Source of the DNA: Nitrosopumilales archaeon
GTDB taxonomy: Archaea > Thermoproteota > Nitrososphaeria > Nitrososphaerales > Nitrososphaeraceae
Length of the DNA stretch: 64,000 nt
Direction of reading: 5' to 3'
Assembly: GCA_044507735.1 (NCBI GenBank)
Contig: JBIQJB010000003.1
Location: forward strand, 32,001-96,000
Part shown: in pieces, positions 11,705 through 21,038 of the stretch
How the letters are laid out: each line of letters starts with the position of its first letter
How positions within the stretch are numbered: the stretch's first letter is position 1
Translations under genes and position numbers: made by a program
Notes under the pieces: generated by a model
What the model was told of the DNA's origin: nothing
Seen by the model: only the letters and a program-made list of their open reading frames with translations
Databases searched by the model: none

Positions 11705-12466
11705 TTGACAGCAGCAAACGATCCTACGTATTACTTGACTGTGCTAGACGATTTTCCGGTCATGAGTCAAGATTCCGCGTTCTCATTATCTTCGAACATT
11801 TCGTTTGAGGAGGTGCTGTTTCGCGGCCAGCGCGGCAGATTCTGTGTATGTTTCGTAGATATGGCAGACTCAACTGTGGTCACCTCAGGCTTGAGCGACG
11901 TTCAAATGGGCAAGTACTATTCCATCTTCCTAAATTCCCTCGCAACTATTGCAACAAACTTTGGTTCAAGAATTATCAAAAATGCTGGAGATTGTCTAAT
12001 CTGCTATTTTCCGGATACTAGCGATCCTTCAAATTTGCTCTCGTTACAAAATACTCTTGACTGTTTTATGACTATGATTGATGCACGGAAGTTCATGAAT
12101 TCCTTGTTGAAGTCAGAGGGATTGCCACCTGTAAATTCCAGGATAAGCGCAGATTACGGAGAAGTGGAAATTGCTCAATCGGTGACATCTAGGAATGACG
12201 ACCTTTTTGGCTCCACTATGAACTTGTGCGCGAAGATTAATTCCAAGGCGACCTTAAACGGTCTGGCTATTGGAAGCAATCTGTTCAAGGCGCTCAATAT
12301 GCATCAATCATTGATGCAAGATTACAGATTCGAAAATACTGGCAGTTATGCGATTGGAGGCAAGGAAAACTACTCGGTCTACACGGCTTTTAGCCTCAAG
12401 ACTAGGAGCACGATTAACCCTCTCAAGAGGACCGGTGCAATCAGGCCTCCCAATAACAAGGATTGA
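11705..12466 (+). CDS. Class III adenylate/guanylate cyclase
   Basis: CFVDMADST (metal Asp1), IIKNAGDCL (Lys and Asp2), RISADYGEV, DLFGSTMNLCAKI. Confidence 0.88.
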   Translation: MTAANDPTYYLTVLDDFPVMSQDSAFSLSSNISFEEVLFRGQRGRFCVCFVDMADSTVVTSGLSDVQMGKYYSIFLNSLATIATNFGSRIIKNAGDCLICYFPDTSDPSNLLSLQNTLDCFMTMIDARKFMNSLLKSEGLPPVNSRISADYGEVEIAQSVTSRNDDLFGSTMNLCAKINSKATLNGLAIGSNLFKALNMHQSLMQDYRFENTGSYAIGGKENYSVYTAFSLKTRSTINPLKRTGAIRPPNNKD

Positions 12467-12539
12467 GACTACTACCATTTGATCTAGCATGAAGATATTG
12501 CTGAAAGGCGACCCTTAACCAGTAAAAATGAAAAGGTAT

Positions 12540-14297
12540 CTACCAATAATTTGCCTTGATCTTTTCAATCACTTTTTCATAGTCTGGACCCTTTCGTCTT
12601 GCGTAATTCTCCATGGCCACCAGAGGTATACCACCGAGTGACCTTGCTAGACCTGCGAAGAAAAAATTCACGATACTGCTATTTCGACCGACCTTGTGCA
12701 TGAATTTCTTTATTCCATGTTTATAGTTATGCTGCCAAGTCTTGTAAATTACGCCAAACTGTTCTGGCTTCATGGAACGGCCAACATCGTAAAAGTCGGA
12801 TTTCTCCAAGAGGCCGATCGGAACGAATGTCAATGGCGCCACTGCAAACTTGGAATCAATCTGTTCAGATTCTAGCTCGTGTATCAAATTGATCGTTTCC
12901 CAGCTGTCATCAGGTGTTTCGTCGTTATCAAGTCCCATAATTAGACTGAAGGCCGGGATCCAGTAATTTTCGTTGAGGACCTTCACGCCCTGTTTGACGA
13001 CCCAGTGCCACTCGTCTGGTCTGAAGGGAGTCAGCTTACGGTCAGCGTACTTTTGAATTAGCCTTTTGCTTCCAGTCTCAAGTCCGCATTGAATACCAAT
13101 AAAATTTCTTGGTCCAGAGTGTATTATTTTGGAAATATTGGGAATCAACTTCTCATCAGCAATGGCCCCTGATAAAGTCCCATGCGTAGGATTTGTGTGC
13201 TCGATTCCTGTTGCCATGACACCCTTGAAGAGCTCTTCAATTGCCTCTCTGTTTGGCTGCATGTTCTTTGTTTTTCTGGGATTCATGCCGTAGACAAATA
13301 TGTCATCACTTTGCAGCCATGCGTTCTTTAGCCCTCCGTACTTCATGTTCACTTCAATTTCCTTCTGCACCTTCTCTACCGGATAGTAGCGCAGTGGCCT
13401 CAAAGTCACGTCGCAGAACTTGCACCCCCTTCCGCAGCCGCGCATGACTTCTATCATGCCGTGCATGCTTGGGTTGACGATGTTTGGAATCTCATCGATG
13501 GATGGCTCGTTCCAGTAGTGGATGAACCTGCCATGGAGCGTCCTGTTGTTCCTGATGAACTCTTTAATCTCTACCTTGAACTGGCTCTTCTTGAACGGGT
13601 TGGCCATGTCAAACTCTCCGGCAATGAGGGCGTCAAAGAACGCACCTGCTGCTCCGTCTATCTCCGGGCCAATGCCTCCAAGCTCGCCTTCCAAGATGCC
13701 AAACAGGTCGTATTCCTCGATCTTGGCTGGGTCATAGTTGTACTGCCAAGTGCCCGATCCCCCGACTACAATCTTTGCGTCATTCCCAATCCGCGATTTG
13801 GCGGCAATGATCCGCTCATGCAAACGTCTGCTACATGATTCAGTATAGGATGTAAGTTGGCGACCATACGTAAAAGTCATGGTGACTGGCCCCATACCAA
13901 GTGGATCCATCTCGTAAATTCCTATCACCTCTGTTTCTGAAGTGACAAATTGATCAACGTAATCGGGATTGACAACTGCTATGTCATCCGTTGAATAGCC
14001 GGATTGTAGCAAAGATGATTCTAGTTTCCTGAGACCATAGGGTGCATATCTCGCCAGACCGTTTGTTTGTTCTCCAGAATTACAAAGGAAATCAAACAAT
14101 ATCCTCGGTGTGACCTGGTTTCGAAATAAACTACGCGAAAGCGTTCTGTTTCCCAATACGCAGGACCAAAAAGAATTCTGATTTGAGAAATTGCTAGACT
14201 CCATTGCAGGGAAGCAACCAAGAAACGAAGCAAGTGAAACCCCTCTGTAAGGCGACATCAATGTGCGGTCTGCTGTCAAAATTATTCTTGGCCGCAA
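12540..14297 (-). CDS. B12-binding radical SAM protein, GDGT ring synthase (Grs)-like family
   Basis: CGRGCKFC motif; N-terminal IILTADRTLMS…YAPYGLRK…DPLGMGPV…VVGGSGTWQ resembles Grs-family proteins as I recall them. Confidence 0.75.
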   Translation of the reverse strand: MRPRIILTADRTLMSPYRGVSLASFLGCFPAMESSNFSNQNSFWSCVLGNRTLSRSLFRNQVTPRILFDFLCNSGEQTNGLARYAPYGLRKLESSLLQSGYSTDDIAVVNPDYVDQFVTSETEVIGIYEMDPLGMGPVTMTFTYGRQLTSYTESCSRRLHERIIAAKSRIGNDAKIVVGGSGTWQYNYDPAKIEEYDLFGILEGELGGIGPEIDGAAGAFFDALIAGEFDMANPFKKSQFKVEIKEFIRNNRTLHGRFIHYWNEPSIDEIPNIVNPSMHGMIEVMRGCGRGCKFCDVTLRPLRYYPVEKVQKEIEVNMKYGGLKNAWLQSDDIFVYGMNPRKTKNMQPNREAIEELFKGVMATGIEHTNPTHGTLSGAIADEKLIPNISKIIHSGPRNFIGIQCGLETGSKRLIQKYADRKLTPFRPDEWHWVVKQGVKVLNENYWIPAFSLIMGLDNDETPDDSWETINLIHELESEQIDSKFAVAPLTFVPIGLLEKSDFYDVGRSMKPEQFGVIYKTWQHNYKHGIKKFMHKVGRNSSIVNFFFAGLARSLGGIPLVAMENYARRKGPDYEKVIEKIKANYW

Positions 14298-14504
14298 TCT
14301 TCTCAGTTCTTGAGATTAGAGAACATCAAAGTTTCATTTAAGGATTGTAAGAAATACTACTATTACAATAGCGTGTATTTTTACGTTTCAGTGAGATATG
14401 TCAAGAAAAGATATCCGATATGGAATTTTGACGTGTATTCTGATTTTGTGACCTAGACATAGTTCTCAAATTCAACCGGCAAAGGGTGCCGAAATCGGAA
14501 ACGA

Positions 14505-14900
14505 CATCATCTTACGATCCGACAACTATGAAATTTCAAATCTTCTCTGTCCTTGAAGCCCTTTCGTTGGTCATTTTTCTGTCTTGTGGGAGTCCCCGGG
14601 TTACCCCCTCATCTTCAGATCAGACATTTCATACGGCAGATCGGGTGGTTTGGCATTGGTTCTGATTGTAGCGTCGAATATCTCAGGGCATAACTATCGC
14701 AGCGTTCCGTAGGAAACGCTTTCCATTTCTGGCAATCCGGTTGGATCCTGTCTTCCTTACTCCACAAACGTCCCGCAGAGCTCTTCCATCGGCGGGCCCA
14801 CCATACCAATTTTAGAGAAAAAAATACCACAAGTATGTAGAATATCACTCACGTGTAACGGGTGATGTGTAGGGCATACAGAAACATCACAGATGGGTTC
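14505..14900 (-). pseudogene. Heavily degraded tyrosine integrase remnant
   Basis: Fragments across frames: NPSVMFLYAL, SPVTRE*Y, FFSKIG…EELCGTFVE, EIFDATIR…EMSDL, VTRGLP, DRKM. They match the order of the N-terminal half of Nitrososphaera integrases, next to a tRNA 3' end. Confidence 0.55.
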
Positions 14901-15001
14901 ACAGGTCACCGCATTTCTGCAGCTCTTCTTCCTGGATTGATATTATTTCGAATTCTCATCTTTTCATTGACGAAACCCACAGTTATGCAATTCTAAAATA
15001 G

Positions 15002-15075
15002 TGGGCCCAAGGGGGTTTGAACCCCTGGCCGACCGGTTATGAGCCGGTCGCTCTGCCAGGCTGAGCTATGGGCCC
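15002..15075 (-). tRNA. tRNA with CAT anticodon, most likely tRNA-Ile2
   Basis: GGGCCCATAGCTCAGCCTGGCAGAGC…ACCGG-CTCATAA-CCGGT…GGTTCAAAC…TGGGCCCA; the GGGCCC acceptor is typical of archaeal Ile tRNAs. Confidence 0.92.
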
Positions 15076-15128
15076 AATCGAACATTCCTAAAATTAGAGT
15101 ATGTATAAAGGTTTGGCGATTTACGACA

Positions 15129-15788
15129 TCAGCAGTTCTTCATGCTGCTGTCGCCAACATATTTCTCCTGAACCGAGTCCAGCAGCATGTGCTGCGCGTT
15201 GAGCGATTCCACAGCCGCCGCAAACGCCGCCTCCTGCCTGTCAGATGGGATCTTTTGCAAAATTTCTCTCCAGACCTGCGCATGTCTGACGTCCACCTCT
15301 TCATGGATCTCAAAGTATTTCGTGGCGTCTTCGCTGCTCATGCCGTAGAATTTTTTCAGCCCGTCGATCTTGCTTCTGCTTATCTTGGGAAGCTCCATCT
15401 CGTAGGCATACATGGCCGCAACGGCTTCCTCAAACGAGGACCTAGAGAGAGCCATCATTTTGGCAACGGCAGCGTTTGTCTTTGGAGTCCCATCGTAGTC
15501 AACAAGCTCATTCCTTGAAACGCCAAGAGCCTTGGCGAACCTGATCCATGGCTCGATGTGTTCGGCCTCTTCCTTTGCGTTGACGGTGATATCAGGATTA
15601 TTATTATCGGTCAGGCTTGCAATGCCCTCGACAAAGCTTGGCACCGCCTTGACCAGCTGGAAATATTCCTTTGAATAACCGCGAAGATGATCGATCGTTA
15701 GCTTACCTTCAGACCACATTTGGTAGAAAGAGTGCTTTAGAAGGCTGCGCTTCTCAATTTCCGAATCGATCTTCTGGACAATATTCAT
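15129..15788 (-). CDS. PqqC/TenA/CADD-like heme-oxygenase-fold diiron protein
   Basis: LLKHSFYQMWSEG…EEAEH…YE…KIDGLKKFYG…HEEVDVRH. Confidence 0.85.
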   Translation of the reverse strand: MNIVQKIDSEIEKRSLLKHSFYQMWSEGKLTIDHLRGYSKEYFQLVKAVPSFVEGIASLTDNNNPDITVNAKEEAEHIEPWIRFAKALGVSRNELVDYDGTPKTNAAVAKMMALSRSSFEEAVAAMYAYEMELPKISRSKIDGLKKFYGMSSEDATKYFEIHEEVDVRHAQVWREILQKIPSDRQEAAFAAAVESLNAQHMLLDSVQEKYVGDSSMKNC

Positions 15789-15877
15789 AGGTGATCTCTT
15801 TTCCCCCTCATTCAAAAACCTTGCGAAATTTTCGCAGGAAAGGATTTTATGTGAAGGTTTTTACAAACTTTGCGAGT

Positions 15878-15976
15878 GCTCCGGTGGTGTAGTAGCCCAT
15901 CTTGTGGCTGCACAGTCCGGTCAAGCATTGTGGCCTTTCAAGTCGCAGATCCCGGGTTCAAATCCCGGCCGGAGCA
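15878..15976 (+). tRNA. tRNA-Glu(TTC) with a 23-nt D-loop intron (15893-15915)
   Basis: GCTCCGG…CCGGAGCA acceptor; TGTGGC-CTTTCAA-GTCGCA anticodon arm; removing the insert restores GTGTAGTCCGGTCAAGCAT. Confidence 0.9.
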
Positions 15977-16042
15977 CTTTACTACTATAGCATTAAATTA
16001 ATATTGACACCTCTTGAAGTATCCTCAGGAATAGAGCGGGTA

Positions 16043-16909
16043 TTGAGCAGGAGGAACAACAACATCGGGGCCAACCCATTAACCGAGCAATTTGCTGACA
16101 CTCTTTCAAAAATCGAGGATGCTCTTGTGCGCGAACTTGACCTATATTCCTGGTCTGAATTCCACGCCCCGCTTCGCTATGCCTGCGATGGAGGCAAGCG
16201 AATAAGGCCATTAATACTGGTGCTTTCGGCAGAAGCCATCAACTCAAAAAAGCCAAGCCAGGACGCATATCTTGCCGCTTCGGCAATAGAGCTCCTTCAC
16301 ACCGAGTCGATAATCCATGACGACATTATTGACGAGGAGAACCAGCGCAGAGGAAAGCCATCATTTCACATCAAGTATGGTTACAATAGCAGCATCCTCA
16401 CTGCAGACTTTGTGCTTGGCATAATACTCAACATCGGCTCAAAGCTGAAGGATCCGCGCATCATAAACGAGCTATCGAACGCGGCCACCAGGATGAGCGA
16501 AGGCGAGATGATGGAGATAAGGCTCAACAAGTCCCCTGACATCACGGAGGACGATTATATCAAAGTGCTCGAGTTCAAGACTGCGTCACTCTTTGAGGCA
16601 TCTGCAAAGGTGGGTGCCATAATCAGCGGCGGCAACGACGACCAGATCCGCGCCATGACATCGTTTGGGAACCTGCTTGGAATTGCTTACCAGATACATG
16701 ACGACCTCATTGACTGGAACAACGAAAACAGGCTCTTCAACATGCTCGTCAGAAAGAACGGCAGGTCGGATGACCTAGTTGACCACATGGAAAAGCTATA
16801 CCAGTCCTATGCTGCCAAGGCCAAGAACGAGCTCCGCAAGATTTCAACTGACAACGAAGCCAAGCGTCATCTGGAACACTTGACTGATTTGGCATCGGTG
16901 CAGTTTTGA
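16043..16909 (+). CDS. Polyprenyl diphosphate synthase
   Basis: GGKRIRP, IIHDDIID…RRG, KTASLF, YQIHDD; the track start at 15902 overlaps the tRNA, so TTG 16043 was chosen. Confidence 0.9.
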   Translation: MSRRNNNIGANPLTEQFADTLSKIEDALVRELDLYSWSEFHAPLRYACDGGKRIRPLILVLSAEAINSKKPSQDAYLAASAIELLHTESIIHDDIIDEENQRRGKPSFHIKYGYNSSILTADFVLGIILNIGSKLKDPRIINELSNAATRMSEGEMMEIRLNKSPDITEDDYIKVLEFKTASLFEASAKVGAIISGGNDDQIRAMTSFGNLLGIAYQIHDDLIDWNNENRLFNMLVRKNGRSDDLVDHMEKLYQSYAAKAKNELRKISTDNEAKRHLEHLTDLASVQF

Positions 16910-17422
16910 AGTAGAGCCATTCTAGCATAGTATCAGAGTACCTGATCTTTGGTGCTCTCTGCAGCCTTTAAGTGTATCAACAGGATCACCACACAAGATG
17001 GGCCAGGCAAGCGCATGTGCCAAATGCTCATGCTCAATATTTGCATTGCAATAAAGTTTAACAGCCATCCCCTGTGTTTATGCGTGCGCCTGTTTTCGCC
17101 AGCTGTCAACAAGGGTTCTGGCTGGCAGGGATTTGGATTTTCCGCCATTCGCACAGAGATGTTGTGTCTTATGTGCGACTTGTACTGAGTAGATTCAAGA
17201 ACTTCACACATCATAAATCTTGCGCGAACCAGCCGTGCTACGGGGCGCTCTACTGAAAGCGCGTGTATGACAGCCGTGAATTTGAAAGAACAAATGCACA
17301 ATTTGCCATCTCCAAGAAAAAGCAGTGTGCAGGTGAGGCAGCAAGACGGTGGCACTTGGGCACGAGAAAAAATTATGCTCTCACCGCGCCACGGACATTC
17401 AGTCGCAGCAACCACACATGCG

Positions 17423-18943
17423 CTAGTTGCCAGCCATCATAGACGCGGCAGTGATGTTTGTCAGGTCAGGTACTGCTCTTGACGCAAAGTCAAGCAATGG
17501 CGCATGCCAGATGCCAAAGCCCACCATAAACACCATTGCAAAGACAAGCACCGCTACTATTGCCCGAGGCTCCTTCACAGGGCTCATGTCAGGTGCGTCT
17601 TCCATGTACATCTTTCTAATGATCCACGCATAGTAACCTAGCGAGAGGGCGCTGTTGAGGACACCGGCGATTGCAAGCCACGGACCCCATTCAACGAATG
17701 GGCCGGAGTTGATCGCAGCTCCAAAGAGTACCAGTTTGCTCCAGAATCCGTTGAGTGGAGGCACCCCTGCAAGCGCCAGGAGAGAGATTGAAAGTACGAC
17801 AGCGGTGATCGGCATGCGCCTGCCAAGGCCGCGGTACTTTTCAAGGCTATAGCTGGAGAGAGCGACAGCTACTCCTGCCACTGCAATGAATCCTGCAGAT
17901 TTCATGACCGCATGGTTCATTATGTGGAAGAGCGAGCCAGAGAGCGCCTGGTCAGAATACGGTGCAAGTGCAATGCCTATCAGGATATAGCCTGCCTGCG
18001 CTACAGACGAATATGCAAGGATCCTCGGGACGCTTCTCTGTGTCAGCGCGCCCAGGTTGCCAAGCGTCATGGTGAACACTGCCACCACCGCAAGCGTGAG
18101 CGTCCAGTCCATGTTGAGCGCAAACATTCCAAGCACGATCACGCGAAGTGCTGCAGCAAAACCGGCCTTCTTTGTGCCTGCGGCAAGCAGCGCGCCGATG
18201 GTTGTAGGAGACCCCTCGTAGGCGTCCGGAAGCCACATGTGGAATGGCACGAGACCCATCTTGAATCCAAAGCCTGCGATAAACAGCGCCACGGCAAACA
18301 GTCCGACTGGAACGAGGCTTGCGTCGAGGCTCGTCATAGCCCTGATTGAGTCGCCGATGTTAGTGGTGCCCGTGATGCCGTAGACAATGCCGATTGCTAG
18401 TACAATGAGCGCAGACGATAGTGCGCCAAACATGAAATACTTGATCGCTGCTTCGTTGGAAATCGGATCGCGCTTTGCAAAGCCTGCAAGAGCATAGGTT
18501 GGAATCGACATCAGCTCCCATGCTACAAACAGCATGACAAGATCGGTGGAGTACGCGATCATGATCATGCCGATGCTCGACAGCAGTATCAGCGAGTAGT
18601 ATGCTGCAGGGTTAGACTTGCCCTTGTAATAGTTCCAGGACGATGCCGTTACCATCAGGGAGACGATCAGGAGTGCGACTGCAAAGAACGAGCCAAACAG
18701 GTCGTCTACCAGCACTTCCTGGGAGAACGCCACTGCGGGCAGAACCTCTCCGGAGAAAATGCGGAAGATAACGATTCCCATGGCGATAACCAGAGCGCCA
18801 AACGCTATCCCGCTGTAGAGCTTGTTCCTGTCACGGCCCCTTTCGCGCCTGCCTGCATCAATTACAGGGATGGCCAAGCCTACCACGCCCAGTATTACCG
18901 TCACCAGTATTGGAGTAGACATCAGGTCAACCATTTTTTCCAT
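17423..18943 (-). CDS. nuoN: NADH-quinone oxidoreductase subunit N
   Basis: EAAIKYF, FKMGLVPFHMWLPDAYEGSPT. Confidence 0.95.
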   Translation of the reverse strand: MEKMVDLMSTPILVTVILGVVGLAIPVIDAGRRERGRDRNKLYSGIAFGALVIAMGIVIFRIFSGEVLPAVAFSQEVLVDDLFGSFFAVALLIVSLMVTASSWNYYKGKSNPAAYYSLILLSSIGMIMIAYSTDLVMLFVAWELMSIPTYALAGFAKRDPISNEAAIKYFMFGALSSALIVLAIGIVYGITGTTNIGDSIRAMTSLDASLVPVGLFAVALFIAGFGFKMGLVPFHMWLPDAYEGSPTTIGALLAAGTKKAGFAAALRVIVLGMFALNMDWTLTLAVVAVFTMTLGNLGALTQRSVPRILAYSSVAQAGYILIGIALAPYSDQALSGSLFHIMNHAVMKSAGFIAVAGVAVALSSYSLEKYRGLGRRMPITAVVLSISLLALAGVPPLNGFWSKLVLFGAAINSGPFVEWGPWLAIAGVLNSALSLGYYAWIIRKMYMEDAPDMSPVKEPRAIVAVLVFAMVFMVGFGIWHAPLLDFASRAVPDLTNITAASMMAGN

Positions 18944-18950
18944 GCACCAC

Positions 18951-21038
18951 CTATAGCATCAGGAGCATCACGATTATCATGATGCCCACCGCGAACACGA
19001 ACAGGTATGTCTGAGTGATTCCGGTCTGTCCCGCCTTGACAACCCGTGACATGTATGCCATCGAGTGCTGTAATGCAGGGTTCATTCCGTCGATTATGGT
19101 ACTTTCAAAGTATCTCCAGATAATGCGATATATCGCAAGTGGCCCTACCACTGCTCCCCAGTACAGGGCGGTGTTGAGGTACCACCTGTTGTAAAGGAAC
19201 TTCCAGATAGCTCTTGTGACAATGCTCCTTGAAATGATCTCCGGGTCTGCCTTCCTCGCTATGTAGAACAGGTAGCCGAGGGCACCGCCTATGGCAAACG
19301 CACCCACTGATGCGGCAGCTGCTATCGGGTGGAGTCCAAGAACCGTCCTGTCGCCTTCCGGCGCAATCGGGATCACCACTTCGTCAGCGTGCTCTCCCTC
19401 GCCACGAATTCCAAATGAATGCTCGAGGTAGCCGGTAAAGAGGTGGTGTATCTGCGCTTCAAACACAAAGCCGGATACGCCTATCACTATCGAAGCGACT
19501 GCAAGGATGGCAAACGGCACCCACATGCTGCGGCCTACCTCGTGGAGATGGCCATGGTGTTCCAGATCCTCCACGTTCTTGCTTGGCCTGCCAAAGAACG
19601 CCATTCCAATCATCCTGAAGGTGTAGAACGCAGTCATGATTGCTACAATGACGGCAATTGCAAAGAGTGGCCAAGCGTACTCATAGCCAGAGTCAAGCAC
19701 CGCAGCGAAGATCGCGTCCTTGCTCCAGAAACCAGATGTGAACAGTGGGGCACCCGCAAGCGAAAGGCTGGCCAGCAGCATAAAGACATACGTCTTCCTC
19801 ATGTGCTTCTTCAGGCCACCCATGTCCGTCATGAACCGGGAGCCTACAGTGTGCAGCAATGCACCAGCGCCCATAAAGAGTGATGCCTTGAAAAGGGCAT
19901 GGCTCATAAGGTGGAAGAACCCGGCAGTATAGCCATCTACGAAGTTGAGCGAAAGACCGGCGATACCGAGGCCCATCATCATGTATCCTATCTGGGAGCC
20001 GGTAGAGTACGCGAGCACCTTCTTAATCTCAGGGTTGACAAGCGCCTGTGTTGCAAGCAGGAACGCCGTTATTGCGCCTACCCATGCGACCACTTCGAAA
20101 AAGTCCTGAACGTCAAAGGCACCCAGCGTCGCAAGTGCAAAGAACAAGGGCCCGATACGCGCCACGAGGAATACACCGGCCTTGACCATGGTTGCTGCAT
20201 GGATGAGTGCAGAGACTGCGGTAGGGCCGGTCATGGCCTCGAGCAACCATTCGTTGAGCGGGAACTGGGCGGACTTGCCAATCGCTCCTCCAAAGAGCAG
20301 CACTGCTGCCGGGACGAGCAGGTTTGAATCCGCCATCACAAATGCCCATTGAGGATCCGCTACCAGCTCTTTGAATCCAAAAGTGCCGGCGTGCATGAAT
20401 ATCAAGAACATGCCGGCGAGCATCATGGTGTCGCCTGCGCGGGTCATAAGGAACGCCTTCATGCCGGCATGAGTGGGCGCAGCCCACATCGGAATGCCGC
20501 CGGCGATATGGCCTTCCCTGCCGACAAAGTCCTTCTTCCTGTCATGGTACCAGAACCCGATGAGTGCGTACGAGGCGAGTCCTACGCCTTCCCACCCAAA
20601 GAAGACCATGAGCAGGTTGTCTGACAGTACTATCAGCTGCATCGAGCCAATGAAGAACAGCATGAAGAACCAGTAGCGCGTCAGGTCCTTGTCGCCGTGC
20701 ATATAGCCAGTCGAGTATACGACGATAAGGAACGAGATCCATGCCACGAGGTTCGTCATGATAATGGAAAGTGGGTCTGCAAGGATGCCAGCCTTGAGCC
20801 CAAGTGAAGAGATCCAGGGGATCTGGCTGTGCACTTCGCCTCCATCCAGCGCAAGTGGGAGCAAGGTGGCTGCAGAAATTGCGCTGGCCAAGGCGAACGC
20901 TACCGCAGTGTAGTCGCGGGCCCGATGCCCGGCACGCGCTGCCGCTGCAATTATCGCTGCTCCTACAAATGGCAGTATCCATACCATCCATGCGTTTACT
21001 GCAATTCCTTCAAATCCCATAGCTTCTACCATTGTCAA
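18951..21038 (-). CDS. nuoL: NADH-quinone oxidoreductase subunit L
   Basis: GKSAQFPL…AMTGPTAVSALIHAATMVKAG. Confidence 0.95.
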   Translation of the reverse strand: MTMVEAMGFEGIAVNAWMVWILPFVGAAIIAAAARAGHRARDYTAVAFALASAISAATLLPLALDGGEVHSQIPWISSLGLKAGILADPLSIIMTNLVAWISFLIVVYSTGYMHGDKDLTRYWFFMLFFIGSMQLIVLSDNLLMVFFGWEGVGLASYALIGFWYHDRKKDFVGREGHIAGGIPMWAAPTHAGMKAFLMTRAGDTMMLAGMFLIFMHAGTFGFKELVADPQWAFVMADSNLLVPAAVLLFGGAIGKSAQFPLNEWLLEAMTGPTAVSALIHAATMVKAGVFLVARIGPLFFALATLGAFDVQDFFEVVAWVGAITAFLLATQALVNPEIKKVLAYSTGSQIGYMMMGLGIAGLSLNFVDGYTAGFFHLMSHALFKASLFMGAGALLHTVGSRFMTDMGGLKKHMRKTYVFMLLASLSLAGAPLFTSGFWSKDAIFAAVLDSGYEYAWPLFAIAVIVAIMTAFYTFRMIGMAFFGRPSKNVEDLEHHGHLHEVGRSMWVPFAILAVASIVIGVSGFVFEAQIHHLFTGYLEHSFGIRGEGEHADEVVIPIAPEGDRTVLGLHPIAAAASVGAFAIGGALGYLFYIARKADPEIISRSIVTRAIWKFLYNRWYLNTALYWGAVVGPLAIYRIIWRYFESTIIDGMNPALQHSMAYMSRVVKAGQTGITQTYLFVFAVGIMIIVMLLML

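Noticed and set aside
15002-15075. tRNA-Met assignment for the CAT anticodon
   Set aside because: The GGGCCC acceptor matches archaeal Ile tRNAs and the initiator features are absent; Ile2 preferred but not proven
15902-16042. N-terminal extension of the polyprenyl synthase ORF
   Set aside because: Overlaps tRNA-Glu; the real start is probably TTG 16043
16933-17415. Several overlapping ORFs between the prenyl synthase gene and nuoN
   Set aside because: No motif or convincing start; cannot choose a frame
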